Of a stretch of 64,000 nucleotides of DNA, positions 26,797 to 39,469 are shown one piece after another (position 1 is the stretch's first letter; each line of letters starts with the position of its first letter). Both the position numbers and the translations under genes were made by a program. Under the pieces are notes generated by a model that had not been told where the DNA came from, made no database searches, and saw only the letters and a program-made list of their open reading frames with translations. The stretch is from Centroscyllium fabricii (lineage: Eukaryota): positions 175,894,001 through 175,958,000 of the forward strand of contig JBNRSN020000006.1 of NCBI GenBank assembly GCA_051313645.2. Reading direction: 5' to 3'.

Positions 26797-27073
26797 TGTA
26801 GAGGCATGCAAGGCTGAAGGACCACGCTGGACACAGAGGGGTCAGAAGGAGCACTTTTATTACTGTAAGCTGTTACAACTATGGCCAGGTGGAGAAGAGA
26901 GAGAGCCACCTGGCTCTCAGGTATTTAAAGGTCCCGCGGTTGGGGACGTCACTGCCGGCCGGCCTCCTGGTGACGTCATCACGTCGGGGATGCCCGTGCG
27001 TCCTCCGACGGGCGGGGCCGTGTTGCAGCTTTCCCAGAGCGGGTTCGTAGCTGCCGGTGGGCGTGTCGCCACA
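26797..27073 (-). repeat. 5' LTR
   Basis: Direct repeat of 22253-22529. TATA-like TTTAAATA and AATAAA on the minus strand. Confidence 0.95.
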
Positions 27074-27689
27074 TTATTTACTTTACACAGTACACCATTA
27101 CAGAGGAGAAATGCAGTGCATCTTTATAAATGCACAGGCATGCGCATGTTTTTCCATGGCATTATGTAATGCTGTCATATCAAAATGCTGAGTGTGTCAC
27201 TTATTAAATTTTGCATGCACCAAGTACCACAGCAGCCCCAAGTTCCTTAACGCAGTTACAAAGCCATCTTTTGAGTCAGCACAAGGAAGTACTGGGCCAC
27301 CTCCATCGGCACACACACCTAGAAATTGGCTTCACTCGCACTGGAGGAACACGTCAAAAGAGCACATGGTTAGGAAGTAGAAGATGCACCATAGTTTTCC
27401 ACAAAAGGGAAGCACAGGGTAAAATGTAAAAAAACACACCTGTGCCTTACACTTTAAGGTTTAATAAAAGTTGGGCTGACTGGACCTCAAATCTTTCCTG
27501 TCAGTTCTTTTAGTATGAGGCAATGAAGATTGCTGGAGACAAATAAGGAATTGTGAGTTAGATGTCATAGAATCATATAAATTTACGGCACTGAAGGAAG
27601 CCATTCAGAAGAAGATTGTGGGAAGGTTTTCTTTGGCAAAGTCTACGAACATTTGACGATGACTGTTGTGATTTTGAATTATAAAGAGA

Positions 27690-28857
27690 GAAATAACTTG
27701 CATTTATATGGCATCTTTCATGTCATCAGGATGTCTTAAAGTGCTTTGCAGCCAATTAATTATGTTTGGAGTGTGGTCACTGTTGTAATGCTGGCAAATG
27801 CAGCAGGCAATTTGTGCACAGCAAGGTGCCACAAATAGCAACTAAATAACTGATCTATGGCATTGGGCAGAGGGATAAATATTGGTCAAAACACCAGGAC
27901 CAGGAGAATACTCCTGGGGGCGAAAAATTTAGTCGTGGCCCCTTTGGGGCGCTAACTTCGCTGGGGTGCTACTTTTAGAGCCTCGAAAAAATTAGCACCC
28001 CTGTGGCTGAAATTCATCTGTAGCGCCCCAAGAGGGAAGCGGGGCGCTACTGGAAGCACCCCGCCTCCCTCTTGGGCACTGCGAGGGCATTTCACGGCAC
28101 TGCGGCACATCATGCCGCGGTATTGCAGGCCTTCCTCCTCTTCTTAAAGTGGAGGGGCCTTGCGCAGTGCGACCCGGGGACAGCTGGGCCACCAGGGATC
28201 AGAGTGCCGGCAAAAGAGCCCGGCTCACGGAGCGCAGCTGGCAGTCTGCGGGGGGGCTGACCAGGAGGCTGGGGACGGCAATGGGGGCAGGTGCTGGTAG
28301 GTGGCCAGCAACAAAAATGGCCATCCGGCCCCTCACCTTTAATTAGTGCCGCCCCGGCCGCAGGTAACCCCCCCGCCGCGCCCCCCCCCCCACAAGACCC
28401 CGTCGGACATAGCGTCCGGCTGTAAGTCAGGGGCCATTACCGAAGATTGTGGCTGGGGCGCTGCACATGGTGAGGATGTCATCGGCGGCGCAGTGCCCCA
28501 GGGCGCTAACAGTTACTGCTGCCACTAACCTCCCGCTGAATTTTGCAGGAGGCGTTGGCGGCGCTGCGCCCGGGCGCTAGTTGCTTTACGCCCCGTTAGT
28601 GCCCTTTTAGGCGCTAATGGGAGGCGCAATGCAACTGAATTCCCCCCCCCCCCATCTTTTACATCCTTATGAACAGGTACATGTGGCCTTGGTTTAACAA
28701 TTTATTTGAAATACTGCACCTCCAGCAGTGTAGCACTCCTTCAGTACTGAGCTGAAGTGCCAGCCTACATTATGTGCTCAAGTCTCTAGAGCAGGGTTTG
28801 AACTCATAACCTTCTGAATTAGAGGCATTGTTGTTACCATTGAGCCAAGGCTGACAC
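27690..28857 (-). mobile_element. Deu-type SINE, split by a MITE
   Basis: Reverse complement of the SINE tail (ACTTGCATTTATAT..) at about 27695 and of the head (..GAGCCAAGGCTGAC) at about 28850. Confidence 0.75.
27916..28652. mobile_element. GC-rich Harbinger-type MITE
   Basis: GGGGGCGAAAAATT...AATTCCCCC ends. Colinear with 15322-16046. Confidence 0.7.
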
Positions 28858-28859
28858 AC

Positions 28860-29680
28860 TAGTTGAGCAGGATACAATAGTCTAGAAGACCTTGGCAGGG
28901 ATGGATTGGAGCTCTCCATCTGATCTGTCCAAGCTTTGGAATTGCTACTTGAGGATGCTGGAAGTATGCTTCACTGTGACTGACAGAAGTCTGTGTCACA
29001 TTGTATGTCTCCTCAGGTCTTTTCCTTGGGATGGCACAGTGTGTCATGATCCACAGCTGCAGTGAATATCCTTGGTTGCCCAATAACCATCTTTATAGTC
29101 TTCTTGGTCCTTTAAATAATTCTGGCACCATTGACTGCCACAAAATAAAGGCATCTTGGAGCCTGCCAGGGTAACGGGCATTAGTGTACATAAGTCTGTT
29201 CCTATGGTCGCAGACCAGTTGGTCAATCATAGACTGTTAGTGCTTTCAATTTATAAATGGAGTAGCCTTGGGGGTGGAAGCATGTCTGGCCACTAGTGTT
29301 AAGTCCTGTGGGATCCTGCCATATGGTAGAAGTGGTGGCCTCTTTCCAGTTGCTGGCTGCTTTCCAGTGGAGAATGAATGAAATTACTGGTCCTGGCAAC
29401 TAATGCGTCCTTGACCTGCACAATGCAAATTTGTACTGAAGGTTGTGAAATGTGACGGAGTTCTTCTATGGTTGCTTGGTAGGAACCTGCTGCATAAAAT
29501 TCAATGCTGCTGTAACCTTTAAAGCCATTGACAGAGCCATTCCTGTCTTGGAACTGTATTGCAATTCTGGCTGCAGGCATGTGCACAGTTCTATTATGGG
29601 GTCCTTCAGAAGCCTTAGCCGCACATACTGGTGTCTTTAACAGGTTCAGATAGAAGAGCCTAGCCTTGTACACATACGTG
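28860..29680 (-). pseudogene. Fossil Harbinger (HARBI1-like) transposase
   Basis: FYAAGSYQATIEELRHISQPSVQICIVQVKDAL and LLGNQGYSLQLWIMT align by eye to [25 protein letters not shown] and [15 protein letters not shown] of the 51866 transposase. Many frameshifts. Confidence 0.8.
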
Positions 29681-30671
29681 GTGGCATAAGGATGGGTTCT
29701 AATGGAGCATCTAAAGTTGAAATGCAGCTGCCTGGCATGTGTCCTCTAATCCTTTAAAACCTACAAATAGAGGTATGCCCATGGGGATACTCATGGTTTC
29801 ATGAAAATCAGCAGATTAATAGCTTTGCCTGTACAAACAGGCACTGATAAGAGAAGTAGTACAGCTTTAAGAAGCTGTCTGGAAGGCTCCAACTTCTTCT
29901 GTCCATCAAAACCAGTATAATTCAGAAAGTGTGAGTTGCGAAGAGATACAACTGAAGGGAATAGATCTTCTTTGCAGCACGCAGTTTATATTGGATGCTC
30001 TCAAGGCTTGGGAATCATATTATGGGGACTTTACCTCAATATCATTTGAATCCAGCCCTCGATGAGACTTGTGCACAGTGTGTAGACTCCAATGCTTTCA
30101 GGACTCATTGACGTGTGCGATGCCCATTGAGCAAGGGGTCAGAATCATCTCTCTGACCCAATAGTGGGGCAACAGTGCCTCGTCTCTTTCATGTAGCTCA
30201 ACCAGATACAACTATGTCGAAAAGAAGAGGCAACCGATTGAAGCAGATATTCCCCTCTACCGGAGGACTTTATTTTTCTTACTGGACATATTTTATCACC
30301 ACTCCTTTTAATTACTTCTTTCTAAATGTAATTTTTTGAATTCTGAATTTTTTTAGCGATTTGCTAATAGCAATGCAGCTCCAGCCTATGCTGGAACATC
30401 TCATGAAATGGAAAAGTGCTTTGCTGATTTCAACTATTTTAAGTTTCTTTTGGTGGGTTTCCCTTTTGATAGTCACAAGTTGTTTTCTTTCATATTGAAT
30501 ACATCAGTTAGTGAAAGCAATAGCTGAAATTGCAGATATAGTACCTGTACTTGGTGATTCAGTTTAGCTCATTCTACACGATAAATATCAGAGTAAACTT
30601 AAATCTAGTAGCAAACTAAAACGGTATTTTGGCATAAAAATTGTTAAAAGTTACTGGTTTTAGTTTAAACT

Positions 30672-31458
30672 AGGCCAAAATTTCATGTCCCCGCCTCGGG
30701 TTTTCGGCGGGTTGGACAGCAAAATAGCGGAACCAGTGGGTCGCGACTCTCCCCCGCCGGATCCCCGCCGCTTTTGCATTTTCCGCCACCCTGTCTCCCC
30801 GCTGGCCGGCGGGGATGCTTGTTCAGCTCATTAAGGGCCCTTAATTGGCATCTGTAATGCCATTTTAAGGGCCCTTAGCAATTTTGACACCCTTCCTACC
30901 CTCACCCTGCCATCCTAAAACCCCGCTGGTGAAAACCCAGCGGGAGCACAGTGGTCTTCCTAACTTTCTCCTTCAAGGTGTTGAAGGACCTAGAGCAAAA
31001 TGCTTCCCAGGTCTTCAACACCCTGGAGGAGTAAGTCACTCCCTTGGGTTAAGACCAGCTGTGGGCAAAAACTTAGAAATCATACCTTCCCAGATTTACT
31101 GACAGCTGGCACCTAGCTGTCAAATATTTGGTTCCCCAACCCCCCCCCCCCCCCGTCACTCAACAGCACTTGGCCTTTCCCATTGGTTCCACTCCACTGT
31201 GATGTCATGGTGGAATGTTTCCATGGGTACTATAAACACACAGTTCCCGCAGCTGTCTGAAAACCTCCTGCAACGCCATTTGAGCCCCAGAATTGGCAAC
31301 TCGACTGCTGCAATTAGCAGGGGCATCCCGCACGCGGGGATTTAATTCATCAATTAAACGAAAATCGCGTCGGCTTCCCGGGTTCTTGGGCGGGCGGGAC
31401 AGGAACCCGCCCCGACCAATCCCCACCAGGTTCCCGCACCTCTAGGAAAATCCCCCCC
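30672..31458 (+). mobile_element. Non-autonomous relative of the Harbinger family at 51344-57020
   Basis: Shares ATTTCATGTCCCCG and TCATTAAGGGCCCTTAATTGGCATCTGTAAT with the left end, and ACCCGCCCCGACCAATCCCC...GGAAAAT with the right end. Confidence 0.8.
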
Positions 31459-32779
31459 ATGTTACTGATATAAATGTTCACTAATTCTATACATTTTCCT
31501 AACTAAATATACTACATGTATACAGTGTCATTTTTATAGATTTTACACAGTAGACATATTTTTGGTAGCTGCAAGGGAAATGCAGTAATGAGGTTTTAGA
31601 AACACTTGTAAAATTAAACACTTTATTCAGCAACAAGCAAGCTCTGAATCGGTTGTGCATCTAGAACATGTTTTGGTGAGTTAAGAGGTTTTTTTTTAAG
31701 CTGGATTATCTTAAAGCCTGGAAGTCATTCATTTAAAAAAAAAAAATGTGAGCATACAACCCAGCTGAAGTGTGGCGGAGCTGGACGTCTGTCCACCTGA
31801 CTAATTCGGTGTTGACCCCGGTGAATTGTCCTACATCCGGTTATTTGAACTATTTTTGGTGGGCTTCTGACAGTGTATCTGCCTATGCTTAGGAGCTTGT
31901 CGCTGTGGGCGGGGGTGAGGGGCACAGGAAATAGTTACTGCTGCAGGAGTCGGATGCCTGCCACAGACCAAAAGGGCAAGCAGCCTCATGGGAATAATAA
32001 AAATTGCTGGCTTGGAGAAACTGGCCAATATCTTCTGATCTGCAAGTCTTCATTAATTTAACTCACTGCTTTGGCCCCTTAAAGTTTTTGATGCATTATA
32101 CATCATTAAGCAACACTGGATACTAGTTTTGCCCTGGTATTTGTAACATCCAGTGTTGCTAAGGCGACATTGATATAAAATCTGTCATTATCACTTTATT
32201 TGAATGTTCTTCTCATATTTGGGCATGTGTTTCCAGTGTCCACCATCACCTCCAGCAGAAAGTATGTCGGGTGCAGAAATAAATGGCGATCTACCGCAAT
32301 GGGTTCCTCCCCAATTTTGCACCCTCGCCTGTCCCAATACTGCTACTAAACAGGTGGGAAATGGCAAAAAATACTAATATGTTCTTGACCTAGGAAAGAC
32401 TCTGTGCAAACATAGGTGTTTCTCCATATGAAGAGAGAGAAAGAGGGTGAATTAATCCAAGTGATTCGTGTGCACTTCCAAGTATCCAGTTCAAGATGAT
32501 TAGCAGATTTGGGACATGGGGACCTAATAAATACACTAACTTTTCAAATATAGGATTGCTTTTTTAGTAATCCTGCCTGTTAATACCTGTATTCTTAAAC
32601 TGTTATTAAAAAATTGCCACTGCCCTTCTAAAAAGGAAAAGGTGTAAGTGTGATGCTTCCGATGTTACAGATGGGGTTTAAAGGCTTAATTACATCACTA
32701 AAGTCAGATCTAATAAAGACAACATATTTGTGACACTTTAAAAATAACTGGGAGCTTGCCTCAGTGGCTCTGATATGAT

Positions 32780-32920
32780 AGCAAAATACTGTGGATGTTG
32801 GATGCTGGAAATCCGAAATAACAACAGAAAATGCTGGAAATACTCAGCAGGCCAGGCAGCATCGGTAGAGAGAGAAACAGAGTTAACGTTTCAGGTTGAT
32901 GACCTTTCTTCAGAACTGGA
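32780..32920 (-). mobile_element. Penelope-type terminal-repeat fragment (probably continues after the solo LTR to about 33450)
   Basis: AAATGCTGGAAATACTCAGCAGGCCAGGCAGCATC repeat, homologous to the reverse complement of 62106-62205, carrying a hammerhead motif. Confidence 0.65.
32881..32917 (-). ncRNA. Minimal type I hammerhead ribozyme motif
   Basis: AGUU-CUGAAGA-A-AGGU(CAUCA)ACCU-GAAA-CG-UU-AACU: intact core, stems I and II, short palindromic stem III. Confidence 0.7.
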
Positions 32921-33156
32921 TGACGTATCATCAATTAATACACAGACGAGTAGTTACCTAAACTACAGGCTTTTATTAACTAAGAATGGAGCTGGTCTCC
33001 TGGTGAGGTCAAGGTGAAGAATGAGTGGGGGCTGGTCAGCAACCACCTATGTACTCCGACCTGAGGGGAGGAGTTAGGGGTGGGGCTGTTCCAGCCGACA
33101 GATATTTACGGGTACACAGGTACTATATACAAGTAGTAAAATACATGCTTACCACA
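32921..33156 (-). mobile_element. Solo LTR (Mag-like Gypsy family)
   Basis: TGTGGT...GATACGTCA on the minus strand. 5-bp TSD CTGGA. Similar to the LTR at 62590-62880. Confidence 0.9.
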
Positions 33157-35312
33157 CTGGAGAAAGCAGGAGAAGGGATAGATTTGAAAGCTGGTAGGGG
33201 CTGAGGAAAGGGGGTGGGAGGGGGGGGGGGGTTGAGTAAAGAGCGGGGGGGGGGGGGGGGCTGAAAGAAAAAAGGGAAGGTCAGCGACAGGATAGAAGGC
33301 ATTGAGAGACATTAAGAGAAATTCAAGGAACACAGGATGGCTCTAGAGGTGTGAACGGCTCCGGCAGAGAGAAGAAAAAAGCCCAGACGAAAGCGTGGAT
33401 TTATAAAAATGTGATGGGGCCGAGGTTATGATCTAAAATTGTTGAATCTAGTTCGCTGGAATGCTGTGTCATCATGGAAAGCATTATGGTATTTGTATAT
33501 GATCGGCTAACTATAACTGATTGCATATAACCCTCCTTGATTTTGGATTACTGCATCACTTAGGGCATCTTAAACTGAAGGTGCATTACAATAAAACTAG
33601 TTTGGGTTTTTAATTGAGAACAAAAAGTATTTTAGGAAGGCATAAGATTCCACATTAGAATGTAGGCATGGAAACTTTTAATCAACATAAAACCAGCACT
33701 GTTTCATGTATGAATCAAAACTGCTTAGAGAAAGGCAATTATTTTGTTAGTGGTGTGCCAGAAAGAGTTGTAAGCAGATGTGTTCTAGTATTTTATTAAA
33801 TAATTCTGAAGTCCCTTAATGATTAATTAAAAGATAAATTCTAACATTGAAAGGCTGTCCAGATAATTCATAATGAAATAATGGGATTAACTTACTGTCA
33901 AAACAAAATAATGTTGAATAATCAATGGGATCCTAGCTCTTAAAAGTCTTCTGCTTGGAAGCTTTCCCAGAGGTCAGGAACTTGTGGGGCTTTGTTGTTA
34001 GCACAAAAGTGCTTTAAAAAATAAATAAATAAAAACTTAGCAAGCGTCAGAGTGTAATTTGTCAGCAATGTTGTGGTCTAATGATGGTGTGTAATAGAGA
34101 TGGTCTTAGGTTGTTGCTCAGTGTTCATTTTATCATTGCAAAGCACAGCCACAACTGCTGAACACATGTAGTTTTAACAATTATTCCAGCCCCTCCATCA
34201 TGCAGTTGGCTTTTGCTGGATTAAAGGTTATTCAGTGGTAATGTTTACATTTGACTGATTATTGATTGTGTACATCTTGTGGTTCCCATAGATTACAAAC
34301 CAAGGGAACATTAAACATTTTCTTTGGGTAATATTGACTTCTGTTGGTTGTCACAGTCCTTTGGATATATCGAAAAGAAGTCTTAAAGATAAATATTTTT
34401 CTTTGTACTTGTACTTGTTCATCATTTCTGATTTAGAATTGTTTTATATTATTAGACTTGGGGACAGTAGTTCATTATTTTATTATAATTGTTAGCCTAT
34501 ACTGCAGCTCCTTGAAAAATTAATTTCTTGTGCTGAGATTCTTTTGGTTTACAGTTGGGAGTTTTTAGTATCCCCAATCTTCCTGTACTTTTTCACACAA
34601 CAGTACAATATCATCTTTTTGTTTATTAATTTGTGTAACTGCTCTCTCCCATCTATATAAATGAAAAAACAAGATTACATATCAATCTACACTCTTCAAA
34701 TGTCAAAATATTTCTCTCAGATTTGAAACTTAACTCACATCTATACACCCACAGGGGTATATTTTGACTTTGTGTGATAGTGTAAAACAGGTGATAGCGA
34801 ATCGGCAGCCCGTTTTATATCTGTCCAGATTTTTATTTCCATTACACTTACTCCAATGTCTTTATAATGTTATTTATTTGCTGTACTGTATGTAGAACAG
34901 TTAAATGTGGTTTTCACTGATGAACTATATTATAACATTAGAATGTTTATACTGGTGAACTGAGGATTCTAGCCATTGTATTGAAGTGTCTGTTTCAAGA
35001 AATAAGAATGGTATTGCTTATTAACTTAATTAACATAAAATATAAAATATACCTTACTACATAAAGGAGCACAGCCAATTAATTTTCATTACAATAGATA
35101 GTTATATAGGTCAGTCAACAATCATATCATCAATTTAAAATTAGAGTATCATACACATCTAAATAGTGTTTAACAAGCATCATCCATGTTTCATCAATCA
35201 AAGAATATATAGAGCATGTACAGTACTTTACATGGAAACTGGCTCAAACAATATAAGAACCTGGACTCCATGTTGTACCTATATGATTCCAAACGCATCT
35301 TTACTGCTAATA

Positions 35313-35828
35313 GAGGTACACAATCCTTTATCTGCTACTCCGAAAACCTCCAAAACCCGAAATTACAAATGACCCGAGTTGCACGCGAAATATGACCCGG
35401 CGCTCAGGCCACGACGGCCTCGATGCTCCTGGCGCCCGGCCCCGATGCGGCCGGCCACGCAGGTCCCGATGCCCCTGGCACCCGACGCTCCCGGCACCCG
35501 ACGGTCCCGACATTCCTGGCACCCAACGGCCTCGATGCTCCCGGCACCCGACGGCCTCGACGCTCCCGGCACCTGACGGCCCCGATGCTCCCGGCACCCG
35601 ACGGCCTCCATGATCCCAGCACCCGACCGCTGATCTCCGATATTTTTACAAATAAACTTTACTAGAGTATTTATAAACTGCTTATAGTCTTTATTTATCC
35701 CACTTTTTGTGAATATTCACAAGGTTCATGCAGAAATATTAATGTTAATGCCATTCCGAAAACCAAAAATATCCGAAATCCGATAACTGTCCGGTCCCAA
35801 GGTTTTCGGATAAAGGATTGTGTACCTG
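35313..35828. mobile_element. Tc1/mariner (Tigger/pogo-like) MITE
   Basis: TIRs (G/C)AGGTACACAATCCTTTATC, TA on both flanks. Confidence 0.85.
35410..35627. repeat. About 27-bp GC-rich minisatellite inside the MITE
   Basis: Unit approximately CCCGATGCTCCCGGCACCCGACGGCCT, roughly 7-8 imperfect copies. Confidence 0.85.
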
Positions 35829-38005
35829 TACCTTCAAACTAAGACTTTGGGCTATTGCATATCTGAAGCCCATGAAGCTCACTTTGGAAGATTAGACCAT
35901 TTCTCTTTTTAAATGTGTATGCATTTTCTAAAGCCAATTTGCAACTTTGAGATCTGGAGCCAAATCAGGGTGCACTTTAGATACGCTTCATCATTCTCGT
36001 ATCCTGCCAGAAACAGTGCGATTCATTTAGCAATTCATTAAGACTAATAGCAATATGTGTATGCATGCTGCAGAGAATGAGCCATTTTGTTTCATAACAG
36101 ATTGCTGATGAAAGGAAACCATTCATTTCTGCCTGCCTGATGTAATTACTACTGCACTAATTACCTCAAATCACTGACATACAGGGTCAATAAAGATAGG
36201 AACAAGCACATCAAAGACAAGCAGTGTGAAACCAAAAACAAACCTTTTCAACAAAATCTATATTTGGTTGTAATATATTTTATGGCTAGACTTTAAGTTT
36301 GGATGCATTCTGAATATGTATTATTCTATTCACAGTTTGATGGTGAAAACATGTACATGAGTATGACAGATCCAAGCCAGGACTTCATGCCAGGAAGCCA
36401 GGTGGGTTAATTAATCTTCTCCGCCATGTTTCAAGATGTAATTAAACAAATTCAAAAGGATGCATTGCAAATAAGCATTACTATCAGTAACTGGTGTAAT
36501 CAAAATAATTATAATTTGCAAACAAAGCATTTAAACTGTGCTTTAGATTAATGAGATGTAGCTTGAACAAATGTCATATTTGGATGATTCTTAGATGCAA
36601 ACATTCAACATTGCAATTAGCAGTGTGTTTTTTTTCTGAGCAATCAAGTAGCTACTTTGTTGGCATGATCTTAAAAGGCAAATTTATTTTGTTTATGAAT
36701 AATGTGCTCACATATGCATGTTATGAGAATTTTAATTGTAACTAGTTTTATCATGAGGAGCAAATCTAACACTGAACACCTGTACATAAATAATGGTTAA
36801 ACCAATTTATTTTAATTGGGAAAAAAAGGCTGGAAAATTCTCTCCCTCTTGTATAAAATTTTGTAATATGATTTTTCAGATAAAATATAAATCAGTAATA
36901 TGAATAAATTATAATATCCTTGAGTCAAAACATAAAACATGACTGAAGCTCAGTCATAAGTGAAATTTGTTTCTAACTCCTAACTGCTATTTGCTGTCCA
37001 AAGCATTGACAGTGATCCACTCACAACAGGTGACCAAATTTTTTATTATTAATAAACATGGCTCAATTCAAGGTATAATAAAGCAGCAATTTTCAGGCTG
37101 TGGCTGATAAGTGATTGCTGTCCCTCATTTTAGGGAAGTGACGTCATGAGTGTGCAACAGTATCCTCAACCCCAGGTTTCAGGCTTATACACACCCATTT
37201 AAGCACCTCTCAGTATTCTAGCCCTTTAACCTGCTAATGCAGTCAATATTTATGCATTATCATTCTATCAATTTTGTCCTACATACTGCATAAGAAAGTA
37301 TTGCCCATTTAAAATACATTTTTTAACAAATCTTGTTTGCTCGCTTAATCTATTATATTAAGTTATTTGTAAAATAAGTGGATATGAAAAACAAGGAATT
37401 GCTGATGTATTGTTTATAAAGGAAAAACAAAGCCAGAAAGAAAAAGTTATAGAAATGTTGAAAAACAGGTGAGTAGTATTTAGAAACTTAGCTGACATAT
37501 CCGGGCTATTCACATGCTAATATATTCAGCAGAATAGTTTTACATTGTGGCAGGTCCACATTCCATTGTGTATTACCCCGCTTTCACTTAGAGCTAAGAA
37601 TATCTCGAATTCCCGAATTTTCCCGAATCGAAATTTCTTGCGTTTCGGGAAAAAAAGTCAAATTTCGTGTTCATTTCTTGGTGGTTCGGGAGATGGTACG
37701 AAGGTGTAACGAAAGATTCTTGGAGATTCGGCTTGAAAGATATGCCGAATGTCAGGAATGGATTAAGAAACAAGTACAAAGTCAAAGAATCAGGTAAGAA
37801 GTGCACGAATAAGGTGCGACCCACTTACGAATGTGCCGAATGATTGTTCGAATCCACTACGACCTCCACGATGAAGTTACGACTACTACGAATTAGCTAC
37901 GAATAGTTTACGATATTCGGCATCGTTCTTGACATTCGGGCATATTCATGGTGGCCGAAAGGTATAAAAAAACCCTGACCCCAGGTTGAGCAGGTCATTT
38001 GCACA

Positions 38006-39307
38006 ATGGATTTTGAACTGATAGGATGTCTTGCTCTTGCCATGGAAATAGAGTACCAACATCTAGACCAACTGCTGGTAGCTCTGAACAGCAGAAGAAG
38101 GGATCCCACAGGAAGACGCAAGCGCTGGTGGGTTCGACCATGGATGACACCTGCTAGAAGGCTAGAACATGGGCACTACAACAGACTGCTGCACGAGCTG
38201 AGGCTGGAGGATGAGAACTCCTTCACCAACTATGTAAGAATGCCACCCCAGATGTTTGATGAGCTCCTCCAAAGGATCACCCCTGTCATCCAGAGGCAGC
38301 ACACCCGCCTGAGACCACCCCTAGAAGCTGGACTGAAGCTGGCCCTCACCCTCAGACACCTGGCTACAGGAGACGGGTACCCGACCCTCCACTACGACTT
38401 CAGATGTGGCAGGAGCAACGTGGGAGTGATCGTCAAGGAGGTATGCCACGCCATCATTCAAACGCTAAAGGACGAGGTCATGCCACTGCCCCGGACCCAG
38501 GAGGACTGGAAAGCCATTGCCCAGCAGTTCCAAGACCGGTGCAATGTCCCTCATGCCCTGGGGGCCTTGGATGGCAAACACATAGCCCTCAAGAAACCAC
38601 CCAAGTCCGGCAGTCTGTACTACAATTACAAGGGCTTCTTCTCCGTGGTTCTGCTGGCCATGGTGGATGCTGATTATAAGTTTATCTGGATTGACACTGG
38701 TGGAGAAGGTCATCAATCTGATGGACAGATATTTGGGGCCTCAGAACTGAGGGAATGCATCGATGACCACACCATCCACTTCCCTGACGACGACCCTCTG
38801 CCTAATGATGACAGAGACACGCCCTACTTTATCCTGGGAGACGATGCTTTTGGCCTCAGAACTTTCCTCATGAAACCCTACTCCAGGAGGGGTCTCAGTG
38901 ATGAGATGATGGTGGCCAACTACCGAATCTCAAGGGGCAGACGCGTGGTGGAGAATGGCTTTGGCATCATGGCCAGCAGATGGAGATGTTTCCATGGAAC
39001 CCTGGAACAACATCCAGATATGGTGCGCACCATGGTGGAAACAGCTGTCCTCCTTCACAACCTCATGAGGATCAGGTTCCCCGCCATTGGAAACGCTGAG
39101 GTGGACCACGAGGATGACAACCACAACATCATCCCTGGAGCCTGGAGGGACGGCATGCAGATGCCCGCGGTTCCCTACCCCTATGCACGCAACAGAGACC
39201 ATCAGGTGGCCAAGAGCCAGAGGGAGTACCTCACGGCTTACTTCAACAGTCCTGCAGGATCTGTTCCGTGGCAGGAGAGGTTGGCAGGACTGAACAAGCA
39301 AGTGTGA
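38006..39307 (+). CDS. Harbinger DDE transposase (DDE_Tnp_4 / ALP1-HARBI1-like), 433 aa, uninterrupted
   Basis: GALDGKH, YYNYKGFFSVVLLAMVDADY, SDG, ILGDDAF, RRVVENGFG motifs. Confidence 0.93.
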   Translation: MDFELIGCLALAMEIEYQHLDQLLVALNSRRRDPTGRRKRWWVRPWMTPARRLEHGHYNRLLHELRLEDENSFTNYVRMPPQMFDELLQRITPVIQRQHTRLRPPLEAGLKLALTLRHLATGDGYPTLHYDFRCGRSNVGVIVKEVCHAIIQTLKDEVMPLPRTQEDWKAIAQQFQDRCNVPHALGALDGKHIALKKPPKSGSLYYNYKGFFSVVLLAMVDADYKFIWIDTGGEGHQSDGQIFGASELRECIDDHTIHFPDDDPLPNDDRDTPYFILGDDAFGLRTFLMKPYSRRGLSDEMMVANYRISRGRRVVENGFGIMASRWRCFHGTLEQHPDMVRTMVETAVLLHNLMRIRFPAIGNAEVDHEDDNHNIIPGAWRDGMQMPAVPYPYARNRDHQVAKSQREYLTAYFNSPAGSVPWQERLAGLNKQV

Positions 39308-39469
39308 ATTACACAATGACAGTGATTGGACATTGCCTGTGATTATGCTTAAATTGTGGTTAAATGGATAAATATGGATATGTATGCTAATTTGCATTAG
39401 TGTTCTCAAACATGTATAAGTTCAGATTTCTCCCCTCCCCCATGTGTGGTCTTTGCCGTTCTCTCTGTG

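Larger units (their letters stand above)
22253..27073 (-). mobile_element. Gypsy LTR retrotransposon, CsRn1-type, full length and young
   Basis: 277-bp LTRs (TG..CA), 4-bp TSD TTAT, tRNA-Trp PBS, PPT, Gag CHCC finger (CYYHTRFEAKAQRCVPPC), domain order PR-RT-RH-IN. Confidence 0.96.

Noticed and set aside
33210-33262. Long G runs (also at about 50605-50650 and 53210-53245) as G-quadruplex elements
   Set aside because: Homopolymer tracts, mostly within repeats. Their length is unreliable in assemblies and there is no supporting context.
35328-35665. Overlapping Gly/Pro-rich ORFs resembling collagen or ice-nucleation repeats
   Set aside because: An artefact of a GC-rich 27-bp minisatellite in a MITE; open in several frames.
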